Shown: one piece after another, positions 61,931 to 64,000 of the stretch | Layout of the letters: each line of letters opens with the position of its first letter | Position numbering within the stretch: the stretch's first letter is position 1 | IMG/VR virus record: IMGVR_UViG_2974670102_000001 | Location: 64,001 to 128,000 of that record | Length of the DNA stretch: 64,000 nt | Direction: 5' to 3' (one strand) | From: a virus | Lineage: Duplodnaviria > Caudoviricetes | Translations under genes and position numbers: made by a program | Notes under the pieces: model-generated | Databases searched by the model: none | The model's input: only the letters and a program-made list of their open reading frames with translations | Told to the model about the DNA's origin: nothing

Positions 61931-62634
61931 TGTTCAACGTCGACCCGCATTACGAAGCAAAGCACATTATTCGCGACACGTTCGAGCCTGACCACGCCGA
62001 CTATCTGCTGTCGGCCATGTCGCAGGGGCTGCATACGGCAAACCCGTACCACAACGTGGAGCATCAACTGCATGTCGCGTACTGGGCCCACGTGTGCGCG
62101 CTCAACGAGAACTCGTTGCTGGCCAAGCCTAGCAATCGCTATCTCGTCGAAAGCGATATCAAGGCGCTCCTGCTGGCCGCCATGTTCCACGACCACAACC
62201 ATTCGGGCGGTGTCGAGAACGATCTCGTCAACGTCCAACGCGCGATCCAGCGCGTGATGAGCCGCGACATCGCACTCATCATGGAAAACGAAGGCATCGA
62301 CAAGACGAAGGTGCGCAACCTGATCCGCGTCACCTGTTTCCACGAAGGCGAGTTCCGGCACGCGCCGAAGAATTTGCTGGAAAAGGCGATCCGCGACGCC
62401 GACCTCATGATGGTCTACACGCAAAGCGGCGCGGACGTGTCGACCGGCCTCATGTACGAGCAGAAGGGTGCACCCACTGGCTGGGTTCAGCGCTCGTACG
62501 AATTCCTGAGCAGCGCGAAGATGTTCACGCGTTTCGGCCAGATCGCACAGGCCCAGCACCTGAAAGACGCGTGTGCCGCGTGGAAAGAACAGCATGACCA
62601 GATCGTTGCGTACAACGCAGCCGCTGGAAAGTAA
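61930..62634 (+). CDS. HD-domain phosphohydrolase with class I PDE-like motifs
   Basis: NPYHNVEH, AAMFHDHNHSG, IRDADL. Confidence 0.8.
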   Translation: MFNVDPHYEAKHIIRDTFEPDHADYLLSAMSQGLHTANPYHNVEHQLHVAYWAHVCALNENSLLAKPSNRYLVESDIKALLLAAMFHDHNHSGGVENDLVNVQRAIQRVMSRDIALIMENEGIDKTKVRNLIRVTCFHEGEFRHAPKNLLEKAIRDADLMMVYTQSGADVSTGLMYEQKGAPTGWVQRSYEFLSSAKMFTRFGQIAQAQHLKDACAAWKEQHDQIVAYNAAAGK

Positions 62635-62663
62635 GACAACGCAACAATTACCCTTGAGGTTCT

Positions 62664-63239
62664 ATGCTGGAGAAATCCAAACCCGAGCGCTGGAAGGCTA
62701 TTTCGGGTTTCCCTGACTACATGGTGTCTACACACGGTCGCGTGAAATCTTTGGCTCGTGCAGTTACGTTCGAACGTGCTGGGCGCAGCGTGACCAGAAC
62801 AGCACCGGAGAAAATCCTGAAACAGCAGGATCACACGCAGGTGTACAAATCTGTTAGCCTGTACCGGGGTGGGCACCAGCACCTTATGCTGGTGCATCGT
62901 CTTGTTGCTGATGGGTTTGTTAAAAACCCCCAAAACCTTCCCGTCGCTATGCACGGCGACGACAACAAGCACAACAACCACTATAAGAACCTGACGTGGG
63001 GAACGCACAAGAAGAACGTGCAGGATGCTCACGCCAGTGGCTTGGCCAATACCGCTCGCGGTTCGCAGGCGGCAAAGGCCGTGGTAAATGAGGCGCAAGT
63101 GCTTGAGATTGTACGGCTTCTTAACTCCGGCGTGACTCAGAAGGAGGCAGCGTCTATGTATGGCCTGTCAAGGAGTTCTGTGTCACATATAAAGCTCGGC
63201 CTTAGCTGGTCGCATATAACCGGAATTGGGAGGTCCTAA
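62664..63239 (+). CDS. NUMOD4-HNH homing endonuclease
   Basis: ERWKAISGFPDYMVSTHGRVKS, VHRLVA, HGDDNKHNNHYKNLTWGT..N, C-terminal HTH. Confidence 0.92.
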   Translation: MLEKSKPERWKAISGFPDYMVSTHGRVKSLARAVTFERAGRSVTRTAPEKILKQQDHTQVYKSVSLYRGGHQHLMLVHRLVADGFVKNPQNLPVAMHGDDNKHNNHYKNLTWGTHKKNVQDAHASGLANTARGSQAAKAVVNEAQVLEIVRLLNSGVTQKEAASMYGLSRSSVSHIKLGLSWSHITGIGRS

Positions 63240-64000
63240 ATGTTGGAACGTGAATTCACCTTCGACCCGGCACATGACCTGATCGACAAGCGCGATCCGT
63301 ACAATCTGGTGATCCACCAGTGCAACGGTTGGGCGCAGAACAAGCGTCGCATCATGATCGTGTGCCAGTTCGTAGACTCGCGCGACCTGAAGGCCGGTGA
63401 AATGCTTGGTGACCGGGGGACTCGTCTTCCGTTCATCAACGCCATGAAATACGGCAACAAAATCGCGCGGTCGTACGCAGAAGACAAGAGCATTCCGCAG
63501 GCGTCCTATACGGTCATCAACTGGGCCGCATGCAAACACTTGAACCTCGGCACCGCGCAGAAGCGCGAAATGGAAGTCGCCTTCGGTGAGCGGATCAAAA
63601 AGGCGATCAAGAAGTTCCGGCCCACGCACATCCTGTTCTCGGGCGACGAGGCTATCCATTCGGTGTTCCCGCAGATCAAACACCCGCAGTACAAGCGCGG
63701 GTGGGTGCATCAGATGCAAGTCGGGGAAGAGAAGATCAAGGTCGTGTCGACTCTCGACTTCTTCCGCTTGCTCGATAAACAGGGCGAGCACGCAAACCTG
63801 TTGGGCTTCTGGTGCCGCCACTTCGCGAACCTCGTGATCGGCCGCAACCCGCACAACATCGCGGACCTGACGCCGACACCGAAGTACATCAAGACGCTGG
63901 ACGAGTTCACGCTCTTGATGAAGAAGTTGTACAAGGCAAGCGAAGTCGCGTTCGACACGGAAACGCGAAACTTGAGTGTCCTGTTCAACAAAATCCTGAC
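63240..64000 (+). CDS. family A DNA polymerase, N-terminal part (runs off window)
   Basis: Starts MLEREFTFDP; in-frame KYIKTLDEF...EVAFDTETRNL = ExoI motif of the PolA 3'-5' exonuclease, after a ~210-aa N-terminal domain. Confidence 0.72.
   Translation, partial: MLEREFTFDPAHDLIDKRDPYNLVIHQCNGWAQNKRRIMIVCQFVDSRDLKAGEMLGDRGTRLPFINAMKYGNKIARSYAEDKSIPQASYTVINWAACKHLNLGTAQKREMEVAFGERIKKAIKKFRPTHILFSGDEAIHSVFPQIKHPQYKRGWVHQMQVGEEKIKVVSTLDFFRLLDKQGEHANLLGFWCRHFANLVIGRNPHNIADLTPTPKYIKTLDEFTLLMKKLYKASEVAFDTETRNLSVLFNKIL

Noticed and set aside
1-64000. Stop-codon reassignment
   Set aside because: Conserved genes are full length in the standard code and no suppressor tRNA was seen.

Overview
This is a 64-kb segment of a GC-rich (about 60%) lytic jumbo phage genome, probably infecting a proteobacterium; a Burkholderia/Ralstonia-type host is an inference from composition and gene content, with no database check. 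Genes are densely packed on the minus strand from 1 to about 47.7 kb (one opposite-strand endonuclease at 8.8-9.7 kb). An AT-rich divergent intergenic region at about 47.7-48.35 kb switches transcription to the plus strand. Recognisable functions: NAD+ salvage (NAMPT and NadM-Nudix) beside an NAD-dependent DNA ligase; RNA repair (RtcB, Rnl2/DRB0094-type ligase, phosphoesterases); type IIA topoisomerase GyrA/GyrB with a Pro1 class-3-like mini-intein; Mre11/SbcD nuclease; two helicases; DEDDh exonuclease; the start of a family A DNA polymerase; GroES, J-domain protein and thioredoxin; five HNH/GIY-YIG-type nuclease genes; and a tRNA array (9 intact tRNAs, one split tRNA-Leu, one anticodon-less tRNA mimic) interleaved with structured spacer RNAs. 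The most interesting signals are: (1) a set of truncated or catalytically dead mimics, namely a 48-aa stand-alone DUF1778/AtaR-type antitoxin tail absent from the ORF track, a Ser-less acyl carrier protein, an Acb1-like 2H protein with broken catalytic motifs and an Rmf-like protein; (2) a conserved two-hairpin leader shared by both NAD genes; (3) a divergent sigma-like protein plus a recurrent YAGTAAA(T/G)A promoter-like motif; (4) a tRNA-Leu split by an HNH plus replacement-tRNA cassette. All family calls are by-eye motif recognition against remembered sequences and need HMM or structure confirmation.
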